Assembly: GCA_043228905.1 (NCBI GenBank) | Contig: JBHGNT010000015.1 | Span: 4,340,001 to 4,404,000 of the forward strand | Source: Azolla caroliniana | Taxonomy: Eukaryota; Plantae; Polypodiophyta | Direction of reading: 5' to 3' | Length of the DNA stretch: 64,000 nt | Shown: one piece after another, positions 20,858-32,137 of the stretch | How positions within the stretch are numbered: the first letter of the stretch is position 1 | Layout: the number at the start of each line of letters is the position of its first letter | Translations under genes and position numbers: made by a program | Notes under the pieces: generated by a model | Databases searched by the model: none | The model's input: the letters and a program-made list of their open reading frames with translations, nothing else | Told to the model about the DNA's origin: nothing

Positions 20858-23047
20858 ATGGCATCCTCAAGCAATCAAGCAGGAGACTTCGAAAGGATGA
20901 TGTTGATCGTCGAACAAATGATGAGATCTCGAGACAACGATGCGAGTGTGGAGAAGGCTGTCGAGCGTGTCGTGGAGCTCCAGGGTCAATTCGACGGAAG
21001 GAACATTACGAAGTTCCTTGATGCATTCAAAAGGGAGATGAATCAACGGGACGTGTTTGAAGCATGTCAAATCACAAGCTTCAAGAGAGTTGTCGCCAAC
21101 AACATCCAAAGGCGTGTGATCGAGCTTCAAGAAGGGAAGACAACGTGGTCAAAGTTTGAGAAAGCGATATTAGCGGAGTTCGCAATGGAAGATTTGTTAA
21201 GGATGACTCGACATGCCTTGATGAAGTGGATAGAAAAGAAGAATAAGAAGATGAGCGCTTCGAGGGTGTACGATGAATTCAACCAAATGTTTCGTCGTCT
21301 CCCCACCACAGACCAAGTGCTACTTGAGGAGGACAAAACTTTGTACTTCCTAAAGGCTGTGGATATGAAGGATAAACGAGAATTGGGGACTCTTCTCGAA
21401 GACGATACCCAAGCAAATGGGCTTGTAGCGGACTAGATCGCGGTGAAGCGAGCGTGCAACAGGCTCGACAAGCGTCGCCAATGGGATGATGACACCAACT
21501 TGACGGGATTGACTGTCACGGAGAAAGCAAGACAACCGAAAGTAGCTGAGCCACCCAAACAAAGCAACCCGGAAGAAAAGAAGATTGATGAAGACATCAT
21601 CGAAGAGCTAGCAAAAAAGTTCGAGATGGTCACGCTAGCCAACATGAATCGTTGGGGTCCCAAAGGCAAAGAACCCTTTAGATGCATGTGGTGCGATAGC
21701 ATGGACCACATGAGAAGGGATTGTGCGAGCCTTCGAGAAGAGATCCGACAAAATATAGATGACAACATGATCTGCTCGAGCGAAACTAGAAGACCCCTAC
21801 GGGTGAATTTCGGAAGAGGAGGAATGAAGAAAGCTATGGAGGATGCCGATGCGACTCATGTGGATGCGATGCACTATGCTGCATCGGCCGGAATAAGAGT
21901 CGGGAAAGACAAAAATGAAGCTGTGAAAGTGGGAGAAAAGTTTTGGTCTTCCGTTCTCGAGTATGAGAAGATGGGGAAGGTCACATCGAATGAGGTAGAG
22001 CTTGCGGACCGAAGTGTGCAAAGCATAATTGGATGGTCAGATCTAGTGGATGACAACACCCTACTCGTGGAAGTGATGTGTGACAATGACGAGGTGTTCG
22101 TCGAAGAAAAAAGAAAAAGAATAGAAGAGCAAGGCCCATCAAAAAGACATGAAACAAGGAACACGAAAAAGAAAGAAGATGCAGAAACGAGTCAATCTTT
22201 ACAAATGGAGGAAGGAGACGCTAGCCGAAAAGTGGAGTTGAGCAAACTAGTCGAAGAAACAGTTCGGCCTGTGAAGATTGGTGTCAAAGACCCCGCTCGA
22301 AAGACAAAGACTATGCCTACCTATAAGCTAAGGTCGGACATAGAGCAGACGATAGACCTAAAGAAGATTCTCGAGGAATGTGTTCTTGATAGCCACGGGA
22401 CCTTGTCCTTGAGGGAATTACTCGACATTACGAAGAAGGAGTTTCACGACACAATCGTGGACCTTGTTAAGCGAAAAAGGCAACAATCGGACGAAGACGA
22501 AGAGAAGCCACTAAAAGCAAAAGCAAATGCCATAACAATGGCAAGAGAAGAAGTCGATGAAGAAATGGTGGACAACCACTATACTCGACCTCATTGGGCA
22601 CGAGCGACAATGGAGACGCCAGTGAGGATCAGGGAGAAGAAAGAAATTGTGGTAGTCTTAATCGACCACAGCTCGGAGATCAACCTCATGTCAACCGACT
22701 TCTACAAAAAAGGAAGATGGCCAATCAATACAAATCATGGATGGAAGATTTGCACGGCAACAAAGACTATGGAGGACTTGTACGGAGCTTGTCCCAATGT
22801 TAAAGTCACGATCGGGGATGTGGAGATGGATCAACACTTCTTCGTGCAAGAATCAGCGTCGCATCCTGTCATCCTAGGATAACTGTATATCACATCATCT
22901 CGGATGGAGACCAAAGTGTTCGATAATGGAGCAGCCTTCGCACGAATAAAGAGTCTTGACAACCAAAGATCGGTCCAATTCCTAACGGTGTGAGCCAATC
23001 ATGAAAGGAATCGAGATAGTCTTGGAGGAGAATCCTCGGATTTTTAG
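20858..23047 (+). pseudogene. gag-protease ORF of C
   Basis: FDGRNITKFL, CMWCDSMDHMRRDC knuckle, IDHSSEINL protease; internal stops; ends GAT TTT TAG. Confidence 0.88.
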
Positions 23048-26000
23048 AGCGAACTATTGAAGCATGGGGCACAAATAGTCCGAGCAATCACAAATCCCCA
23101 CAAGAAAATAGAGCACGTGCATTGCGAGGAGAAGCAACATGTGTCACACCTAGTGGTGCATGTAAACTAGTACTACCCGACAAGAAGGACAAGCGCCGGA
23201 TATAAGATTTCGAGAAGATGCTGAAAGAAGAAAACATAATAGAAGAAGAAGAGTTCGTGACTCATATTATGAAAGAAGCCTCATTTAATGACACCATCGG
23301 TGAAATCGAGGACGTCGTGGACTTGAGCTATCTTCACGACCAACGCGTGATTTCGGTTAACTTCGTCAACATGTACGCTATCATCGATGAATACTATTGT
23401 GCCATCTTGATGGAGGAAGCTAAAGTCAACACGAAATATAAAACGGTGGATAAGAAGATCAAGCCAGTTGTGGTTCCGCTACTGGAAGATAGCTAGCAAA
23501 AGATGAAGGAAGTCGCTAATGATCCAAGCTTGAGGGATCCAAAGACAATAGGTCATGTCTTCACTGAAGAGACGAAAAGGAAGCTACGAGTTGGAAAGGA
23601 GGATTTCCTCCTCCCTGAAGAGGAGCGAAAGTTTCGTGAAATGCTTGAAAGGCATGGGAAAGCCTTCGCGTTCTCTCCCCAAGAAATCAGATGTGTTGGT
23701 GATCTTCACAGTGCCGCATGTCCGCATGTGCCTTGGAATTTGAAACTGATACTGATGAAGAGAGAGAGAAAAAAGATAGAGAAGAGAACAGGAAGAAAAA
23801 AGAATACTTCAATATACTATTAAGAAAATAACACAATCCTCTTAGACACCAAGAGGAACAACCCTAGATAACTACTTCAATATACTATTACTAAAATAGT
23901 CTTTTTGCCTTCTCTCTTTCTTCTAATAATCGTCTTCCCACTTCTTCTTGTAGATCTTCTATCCTTCCTTGTAGATATTCTATTCTTCCTCCATCCCCCA
24001 TATTGCTAAGAATACCGCATATTTATAGGTTTTTAGTTGCGTTATTCTTGCTTTTTTCTTTTCTTTGCTTTTACATATCCTCGAGTTTGTGTGGTGCGTT
24101 TTTCATATAATTACTTCTGGGTTTTCATCCAAGTTTTTCATACAAGAAACTTCTCTTTGTCAGCTTTCTTTTCGAATCTTTTCTTTTGAAATTTGGATAA
24201 GAGATGAAGAAGTTATGAGCTTTTTTTGCTTAATTTCCTGCGTTCTTTTTCTTTTTCTTTTTTTCTGCTTTTTCTACTTTTGAAAAACGCCTCTAACTTT
24301 ATTCTCTCTTCAATTTCATTTACCTTTTAACTCTTGGACCTTTCATATTGTGCTTTATTCTCCTATACCTTCGCATCCAATATATTTGTCACGGTCTTTT
24401 GCTATGAGCGAAAATCGACTTCACAAATACCAGTTCCAAGAGCGCACCTTCCGAAGCTGATCAAGCTCTTAAAGGAGAAAGTGAATATGGGTATTCTAGA
24501 ACTGTCGAATGCTCCTTACTCTAATAGGTGGTTCACGGCGCCGAAGAAGAATGGATCATTGTGATTCATCCAAGATCTTCAACCCGTTAACAAGGTGACA
24601 ATTTGAAATGTTGGAATCGGTCCGAGCGTGGACGAATTTGCCAAGGCGTTTGCGGACCGGTCCATCTACTCGATTGGTGATCTCTACTCCGGATATGACC
24701 AATTCCAATTGGCGATCAACAGTCGTGACATTACAACCATGAGGACTTCAATCGGGCTTGTGCGGATGTGTACCTTACCTCAAGGAGCAACGAACTCGGT
24801 GGCTCATATGGTGAATGCCATGGACAAGGTCTTACAGGATTGCATCCCAAACATCATGATGCCGTTCTTGGATGATATTCCGATAAAAGGATGTTCGGAT
24901 GAGGAGAAAGATGAATCGAAAGATAAGGAAGGGTGTAGAAAGTTCGTCGCGGATCATATAAAAGATTGCGAGAAGGTGCTTCAAAGGCTCGAATATGCGA
25001 ATTTGACATTTTCGGGAGGAAAGTCCGCATTCGGGCAACCAGAGATCTTGGTGGTAGGTCACTTGTGTGGAGCATACGGCTGGAAGCCTTCGCCATCCAA
25101 TGTGAACGAGATCCAAGACATGAAAGAAGAATGCGAAAACCAAACGGAGGTTCGAAGGTTCCTTGGAGCATGCGCATTTTACCATATTTGGATGTTGCAC
25201 TATGCCCAAGTCGCCGAGCCTTTATATGGGTTGCTAAAGAAAAGAATGAAGTTCAAATAGCGAGACGAGCACACGAACACGATGCGAAGATTGAAGAAAC
25301 TACTTCTTGAAGCTCCAGCACTAAGAAAAGTTGTCTACACCGAAGGAAAGCCGATTTATGTGACTGTCGATACAAGCCCAACTGGAATCAGGTGGGTCAT
25401 CAACCAAGAAGGAGAAGATAATGCGCGGTATGCCATCCGGTTCGGAGAAAAGGTTCTCAGCGAACGACAACAAAGATACGCCGAAGTCAAGCGTGAACTT
25501 TGGGGTATTGTGTCGGCAATGAAGATGGACAAAGACTACCTGATCGGATCGGAAGTAATAATTGAGACAGATTGTCTCCCAATCCTCGGAATGATCTTAG
25601 GATGTGCGACACTAGATCTAGCTATGCTAAGGTGGATCGCCTATATCAAGTCTTTAAACCCAGAGATCCACCATATTGCAGGGAAGAAGAACACCATGGC
25701 TGACCTGCTATCGAGGGCAAGATTTGAGAATGAGGGTGACATGGTTTCGGAAGATGAAGACGTCACCCTCGACTTCTTTAAGATGGCTCCACTATTGGCG
25801 GAAGACAAGGGCACGCTAACCCTCCACGCCTTCAACGAGGACGAGCACGAAGGGGAGTGGTTACTAATCAGCAGATTCCTAAGAACGATGACGACGGATG
25901 CTTCGTTAACGAAGGAGGAGGCCCTACGAATCCGGAACAAAGCCTACCAATACTTCTTGAAGGGAGGATACCTTTGGTGACACCCAAAAAGAGGGACAGG

Positions 26001-26523
26001 AATACCACCTCGAGTGGTGGTGAAGAAAGAAGAGCAAGTGACGCTAATGACCGAATCTCACGAGAGTGTCCAGGAAAGTCATAGAGGAACATGGGCGATG
26101 TTCGAGAAGTTGAAGGAGAAGTATTGGTGGCCAAGCATGTACAAAGATGTACTCCATTTCGTGACCACATGCGAAACATGCCAAGTACATTCGAATATCC
26201 GTCATCGTGATGAGCTACGACCGACATACCTGCTCACCATACACTTCAAATGGATGGTGGATCTGGTCTCAATGCCAATGGGAGTGGGAAAAATGAAGTA
26301 CTTAGCTCTGGCAAGAGAAGACTTGACAAATCAAGTGGAAGGACGGGCCTTAACAAATAAAATGACGTCGACTATTTGCAAATTTCTACTCAAAGAGGTT
26401 GTTTGTCGATACGGATGTGTGGGAAAGATAGTTGCTAACCGAGGGGAGTTGGATGCACACGAAGCAACGAAGCTCTTTGAACGACAAAGTGTGAAGCTCT
26501 CCCTCACGACTGCCTACAATCCA
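23038..26523 (+). pseudogene. pol (RT-RNaseH-IN, 3' truncated) of C, interrupted by a solo LTR
   Basis: GDLYSGYDQ, LPQGATNS, FLDD, VDTSPTG, ETDCLP, AREDLTNQVEG; stops at TTAYNP. Confidence 0.9.
23753..24425. mobile_element. Solo LTR of an unassigned family (673 bp) inside the pol of C
   Basis: TGATGAAG...CTTCACA ends; TSD GATAC/AATAC; it splits LKPI|PVPRA of C. Confidence 0.8.
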
Positions 26524-27111
26524 GTGTGTGTGTATATTCAAAAGGAGTGCAAGTGAAGACTTGATCCTTGCACCTCCATATTGAGAGTCAATAGACTTAC
26601 CACTAAGCTATATCATTTCTTTAGAAATGTTTTCCCTATCATTATAGTTTTACATGTAAATTCTCATATTAGAGCTTAATTGAGTGAGATGTGATGCATG
26701 AGCGCCAAATGAGCAACATGCATCACATGCATTCCATGTACTGTATGCATGACTTGTACCCTCACATGCATCATATGCATGGGTGAGTCTATAAAAGGAT
26801 GGATGAAAAGGATCAAAGGGGTGTGTGGTATTCAAGAATTTAAGAAGAAGAAAATTTCGTTCTCCAATTGATGGTGTATCTTGTTTCCTAAATCTAAAGT
26901 CAGGGTCCACTTAATCTCTCTCTATCTCTCTCATGCAATATAAATCTCTCTCGACCCAAAGTCGAGCGTTAAAATCTCTCTCTCTTTTAATCTATCTTAA
27001 AGCCTTTCACGCTAAAGCTAGCGCCAATTTCGAGTCCTTCTGGTCCAGAACCCCGGCGGTTCCACCTCATGATCCGCGCGTAGTGACGGATCTTCACGAG
27101 ATAATCAAGTG
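26524..27111 (+). repeat. Direct copy of the 3' half of the C LTR, plus the post-LTR spacer TAATCAAGTG
   Basis: Matches about 20251-20795; retains CTATAAAAGG. Confidence 0.92.
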
Positions 27112-27169
27112 TCTATAGACTCTCAATGTGGAGGTGCAAGGATCAAGTCTTCACTTGCAGTCCTTTTGA

Positions 27170-27247
<78 letters not shown>

Positions 27248-27861
27248 GGTTTTTATTATTAATGTATTTTTACAAGGCATTTCTCCATCCGGTCGTCATC
27301 TCGTCGGCTCCATCGGTCGCGGTCGCCGGGTGATGTCGGATATCGGATCCCGCCGGTCACCGTCGTTAGATACCGTCGAACGTTGTCATCGGACACCGTC
27401 GGTCGCCATCGTCAGATACCGTTGGACACCGTCAGTCGTCGGACGCTGTCATCGGACATCGTCGGTTGCCGTCGCAGGACTCATCCAAAATACATAGTTA
27501 TATGCATTTGGCTACATCCATTCGTTAAGCCATAGAACTTAACCTTTCTATGCTCCACACATAGACCAAAGGTAATAGCTTTTGCTCTGCCTTATTTGTC
27601 CTGTCTATGTGGGATATCACATATTTTTCTCTTCTTCTTTGCAAACTTCATACCCACATAACTTGACACTTAGATATCTGTTTCCTACGTAGTAAAGTAC
27701 AATCAGAAGCTCTTCAAGACCTCCATCTTTTTGTACCAAGATATTAAAATGATTTAAAATAGTATCTTTACTATTATTGTTTTATATTTCGTGAGAAGAA
27801 CCACAGTCGATTTCGTATGTTTCTTACAAGTTTCACACTATCGCTAAAAATCTTCACGGCA
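27111..27861 (-). repeat. Inverted copy of the 5' half of the C LTR, with a (CA)n expansion at 27172-27236
   Basis: Reverse complement of 19658-20320. Confidence 0.93.
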
Positions 27862-29254
27862 ACGTACTTCTCCTGTGACATCCACAATTGTTTCTTCGAT
27901 CGGTCTCGGATTATATGCATTCCCAAGATTTGCCTCGCCAAACCCAAATCTTTCATTGAGAAGGTCCGGTTAAAGGCCTTCTTCAACATTCCCAAATTTG
28001 ATTTGGTCCGGTCCGATGATCAGCATGTCGTCCATGAAGTCGCGTCCATCAAATTTCTTCATGAACACACAGTGGTCAGCCTGTGCCTTGTGGTATCCTT
28101 GGTCTGTCATGAAGGAGTCAAACTTCTGGTACCATCGTCGGGGAGCTTGGTTCAGTCCGTATAAGCTCTTCTTCAAGCGGCACACTAGGTTCTCCTTCCC
28201 TTTTTGGACGAATCCTTTTGGTTGTTGTATGTAGATCTCTTCTTCGAGGTCGCCATGTAGAAAAGTCGTCTTGACGTCTAGTTGCTCTACCTCGAGGTCT
28301 ATACTTACTGCTATGCTCAACATAGTTCGGATGGATGTCATCTTCTCTACCGGGGCAAACATCTTGTCGAAATCCACTCCTTTCTTTTGTTGAAACTCCT
28401 TCACCAAAATCCAAGCTTTGTATCCACATTTGTGGTTCTCATGCAAGGAATCCATCTTGTCTTGGATGGCACTAAACCACTTGCAATTATGGGTGTGCTT
28501 CGTTGCTTCTTCGAAGCTTTTCGGTTCCCCCTCATCGGTCAGTAAGACATGCTTGGCATCCGGAAATCTTCGAGGGGGCCTTCTCTCCCTTGGAGGGTAT
28601 CTACGTCCTTCGTTTTTGACCACCGATTCCTCTGGTTGTTCTTCATCCGAATCCGACTCGAGGTCTTGTATGGTTCTGGTGTCCAATTCTTCTTCTTCAA
28701 TCGAATCGGTTCTCTGTCTGAATCCGGCCGGTTCATCATGGTCTTCGGTTGACATCCGGCTTCCAACCGATTTCTTTCGGTCGACCTAGAGTTCACTATC
28801 TTCTTCTCTGACTCCTAGTTGGCAATGGTCTTGTCTTCCATGAAGACTATGTCTTGACTCCGGACAAACTTCATGTCGACCAAGTCCCACACTTGGAAGC
28901 CGAACTCATCATCGCCGTATCCAAAGAATATGCTTGGCCGTGACTGCAGATCCAATTTCGCTCTCTTGTCCTTTCCTACATGCACTTAGGCTAGACAACC
29001 GAACACCTTAAGATGCTAGTAAGACACATCTTTGCAGTTCCATACTCTCTGTGGTGTGTCTCTGTCCAAGGGCGTTGAGGGTGATTTGTTTACCATGTAC
29101 GTCGCCGTCATTAGTGCCTCAGCCTAAAACGTCTTGGACAACTTGGCATGAGCAAGCATGCTCCAGACTCTCTCCATCACAGTCTGGTTCATCCTTTTGG
29201 CCAATCCGTTCAGCTCTGGTGTCTTCGGCACGTTGAATTCGAGCCGGATTCCCA

Positions 29255-30180
29255 TAGACCACCAGTACTCCTCGAACTGCCCTTGGTATTCTCCATCATT
29301 GTTGGCTCGAACCGCCTTCAGCTTCCGACCAGTTTCTCTTTCCAATCTTGGATGGAGCTCCTTGAAGACGGTCAGTACTTGATCCTTCGTCTTCAGTGCT
29401 GAGACCCACAGCTTCCGGTTGTTGTCATCTATGAATGTCACGAAGTACTACATAGACGACATGAAGTACTGTAACCCAGCATGTGACTTCGTGTCCACTT
29501 GAGATTCATCGATATACACAAGTTCCAACGGTGCATTCTGTCTCGACGGTGGTCAGGTTCCCATCGACTAATAGTACTCCTCGAACAACCCCTGTTATTC
29601 TCCATTGTTGTCGGCTTGAACCTCCTTCAGCTTCCGACCGGTTTCTCTTTCCACTCTTGCATGGAGCTCCTTGAAGATGGTCAGTACCTGATCCTTCATC
29701 TTCAGTGAGATCCACAGCTTCCAACTATGGTCGTCTATGAACGCCACGAAGTACTACATAGACGACACGGAGTACTGTAACCCAGCATGTGACTTCGTGT
29801 CCACTTGACATACATCGGTATACACAAGTTCCAATGGTGCATTCCGTCTCGACAGTGACCAAGTTTGGAAAGAGGTTCCCATTGACCGGAAATACTCCTC
29901 GAACTACCCCTTGTATTTGCCACCATTGTCAGCTCGAACCGCCTTCAACTTCTGACCGGTTTCTCATTCCACTCTTGCATGGAGCTCCTTGAAGATGGTC
30001 AGTACCTGATCCTTTGTCTTTAGCAGTGAGATCTACAACTTCCAACTATGGTCGTCTATGAACGTCACGAAGTACTGCGATATGACCCAGCATGTGACTT
30101 TGTGTCCACTTGGCATACATCAGTATACACAAGTTCCAATGGTGCATTCCATCTCGACGGTGGTTGGGTTCGGAAAGAGG
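29255..30180. repeat. Tandem triplication of about 300 bp of the integrase core in H1
   Basis: The segment encoding LVYTDVCQVDTKSH...LKTKDQVLT..RETGRKLKAVRA recurs three times with divergence. Confidence 0.85.
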
Positions 30181-31376
30181 TTTGATTTTGCTTGTCGACC
30201 AAGCAGTCGGTGCACTTCTCATCTTTCACCTCTAGAATGAGGTTATCTTTGGCAAGTTTGTGCATCCCTTTTTGGCTCATGTGACAGAACCTCTTGTGCC
30301 ACAACTTACCGGCAGTGTTGGATACCACGTTCACTTCTTCCCAGCATATCCAGCCATGCATCAAGTATAACGTGTTGATCTTCCAGGCTCGGGTCACGAT
30401 CAAGCTTACTTTTTTGAATTTTATGACTCCGTTCTGGATGCTACCCTTGTAGCCTTCATCATCCAGCTGATCGACTTATATCAGGTTCAACTGAACCTCC
30501 GGAACATGTCAGACGTCCTTCCAATACAACTTCCACCCGGTTAACATTGTCAGCCACACGTCTCCTATGCCGACAATTCGGCATGCACCTTTATTCCCCA
30601 TCTGGACACACCCATGATCTCTAGCTCTGTAGGATGAGAAGCACTTCCAGTCGGAAGTCAGATGGAACGACACTCCGGAGTAGACCACCCATGTCGTCTC
30701 ATTGCTGAGAAGGTGCAGTTTACTCTCCTTGTGATGAGCAACAATTCTTCCTTACTTGTTGCGATTGCCAATGTTCCTTTCCAATCCGAACTCCTCCAGT
30801 CAAGACCATTCTTCGTGTCAGCACTGTCGATTCATTTCTCCTTCTGGAAGTGCCTCGGCTTTCCGCAATAAAAGCAAATGAGCCTCCCTCTTGACTTCGA
30901 CCTCGTCCCCGATTTGTCCCAGTTTTGGGAACTCCGATTCCGGCCTCTTCCCAGGTTATGGTGGTCTTCCATAACCAAGGACTTCGGATTAGTCCTAGAT
31001 TCCTATTCCTTCTAGAGAGCTTCTTTGTTTAGCAAACTTGACTTCACTCTCGCCAGGGATAAGTTCTTTCCTTCCATTCCGGCATTGCCTAGAGTGACAA
31101 TGAATATCTCCTAGATATCCGGGAGGGATCCGAGCAATACCAATGCCAGTACCTCATCCGCTAATTGTACTTCGAGCGAGTTAGTCTGGTTTATCAGTCC
31201 TTGGAAGGCGTTCATATGCTCTGCCATGTTGGCGTTGTTTTGATAACGGAGCCTCACTACCTTCTGGAGTACTGAGACCCGATTTAAGGGTGTTTTTGTG
31301 TTGGGAGACAGGTCCCTCCGGATGGGAAGGGAGAAGATTAGTGCAGATGAACAAACTCGGCCGAGGCCGAAACCGT

Positions 31377-31650
31377 ATGAGGAGTACCCGGCTACGGAGA
31401 GCCGGATGATACAGACCCGGTGAAGACCGGATGAGGAGTACCCGGCTACGGAGAGCCTAATGATACAGACCCGGTGAAGACCGGATGAGGAGTACCCGGT
31501 TACGGCGAGCCGGATGATACAGACCTGGTGAAGACCGGATGAGGAGTACCCGGCTACGGAGAGCCGGAAGATACAGACCCGGTGAAGACCGGATGAGGAG
31601 TACCCGGCTGCGGAGACTCGGATGATACAGACCCGGTGAAGACCGGATGA
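31377..31650 (+). repeat. 54-bp tandem array (5 units) in the Copia-2 5' LTR
   Basis: Unit atgaggagtacccggctacggagagccggatgatacagacccggtgaagaccgg. Confidence 0.95.
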
Positions 31651-32137
31651 AGAGACATATTCGTAAATATGTTTCTAAGAGTCCATCGAGGCTATATTTG
31701 TAAATAGCTGAAAATTCATATTAGTATAAATATGACTTAGGGCAAACTTTTATATTGTCGTTGTAGTTGTCATTCTTGTTTGTAGAAGAATAGAGAGAGC
31801 GTGTAACTGTGTACAAACAGAGAGCGAGAGAGAAAGAGGTCGTTGCCTCTATTGTAACCGCCGCCTGTGGCGAAGATCTGTGAGCACGAGGTCGTTGCCT
31901 CAGTGAACACACTATTGTACATTCTTACATAGTGACAGTTTGCAGCCTGTGGGCTGCCGTGGTTTTTCCCCTAGTTTGGGGTTTTCCACGTAAACCTCCT
32001 GTGTATCTTCCTCTTCTTTGTGTCGTGTTTTATTTCCCGTTTTTCTGTGTATCATTCTAAGCTCGGTTGTGGCCGAGCGTTGCGCATAAGGAGCGTTGAG
32101 TTCCCGTCAAGTGGTATCAGAGCGAACGACACAGAAA

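Larger units (their letters stand above)
19658..27861 (+). mobile_element. Gypsy element C (tRNA-Trp primed, Ylt1-like by motif impression) with a rearranged 3' end
   Basis: 5' LTR 19658-20785 (TGTCGTGAAG...CTTCACGACA) and PBS TGGTGAACCCGACGTGA at 20794-20810. Then gag-PR, RT (FLDD), RNaseH and a truncated IN. 4-bp TSD ACAT/ACGT. Confidence 0.9.

Noticed and set aside
27126-27497. ORFs with poly-TH runs
   Set aside because: Translation of a (CA)n microsatellite within an LTR copy.
19658-27861. DIRS or DNA transposon (Mutator/foldback) suggested by the long terminal inverted repeats
   Set aside because: The repeats are halves of an ordinary LTR also seen as solo LTR G; the element encodes a gypsy DDE integrase, with no tyrosine recombinase or transposase.
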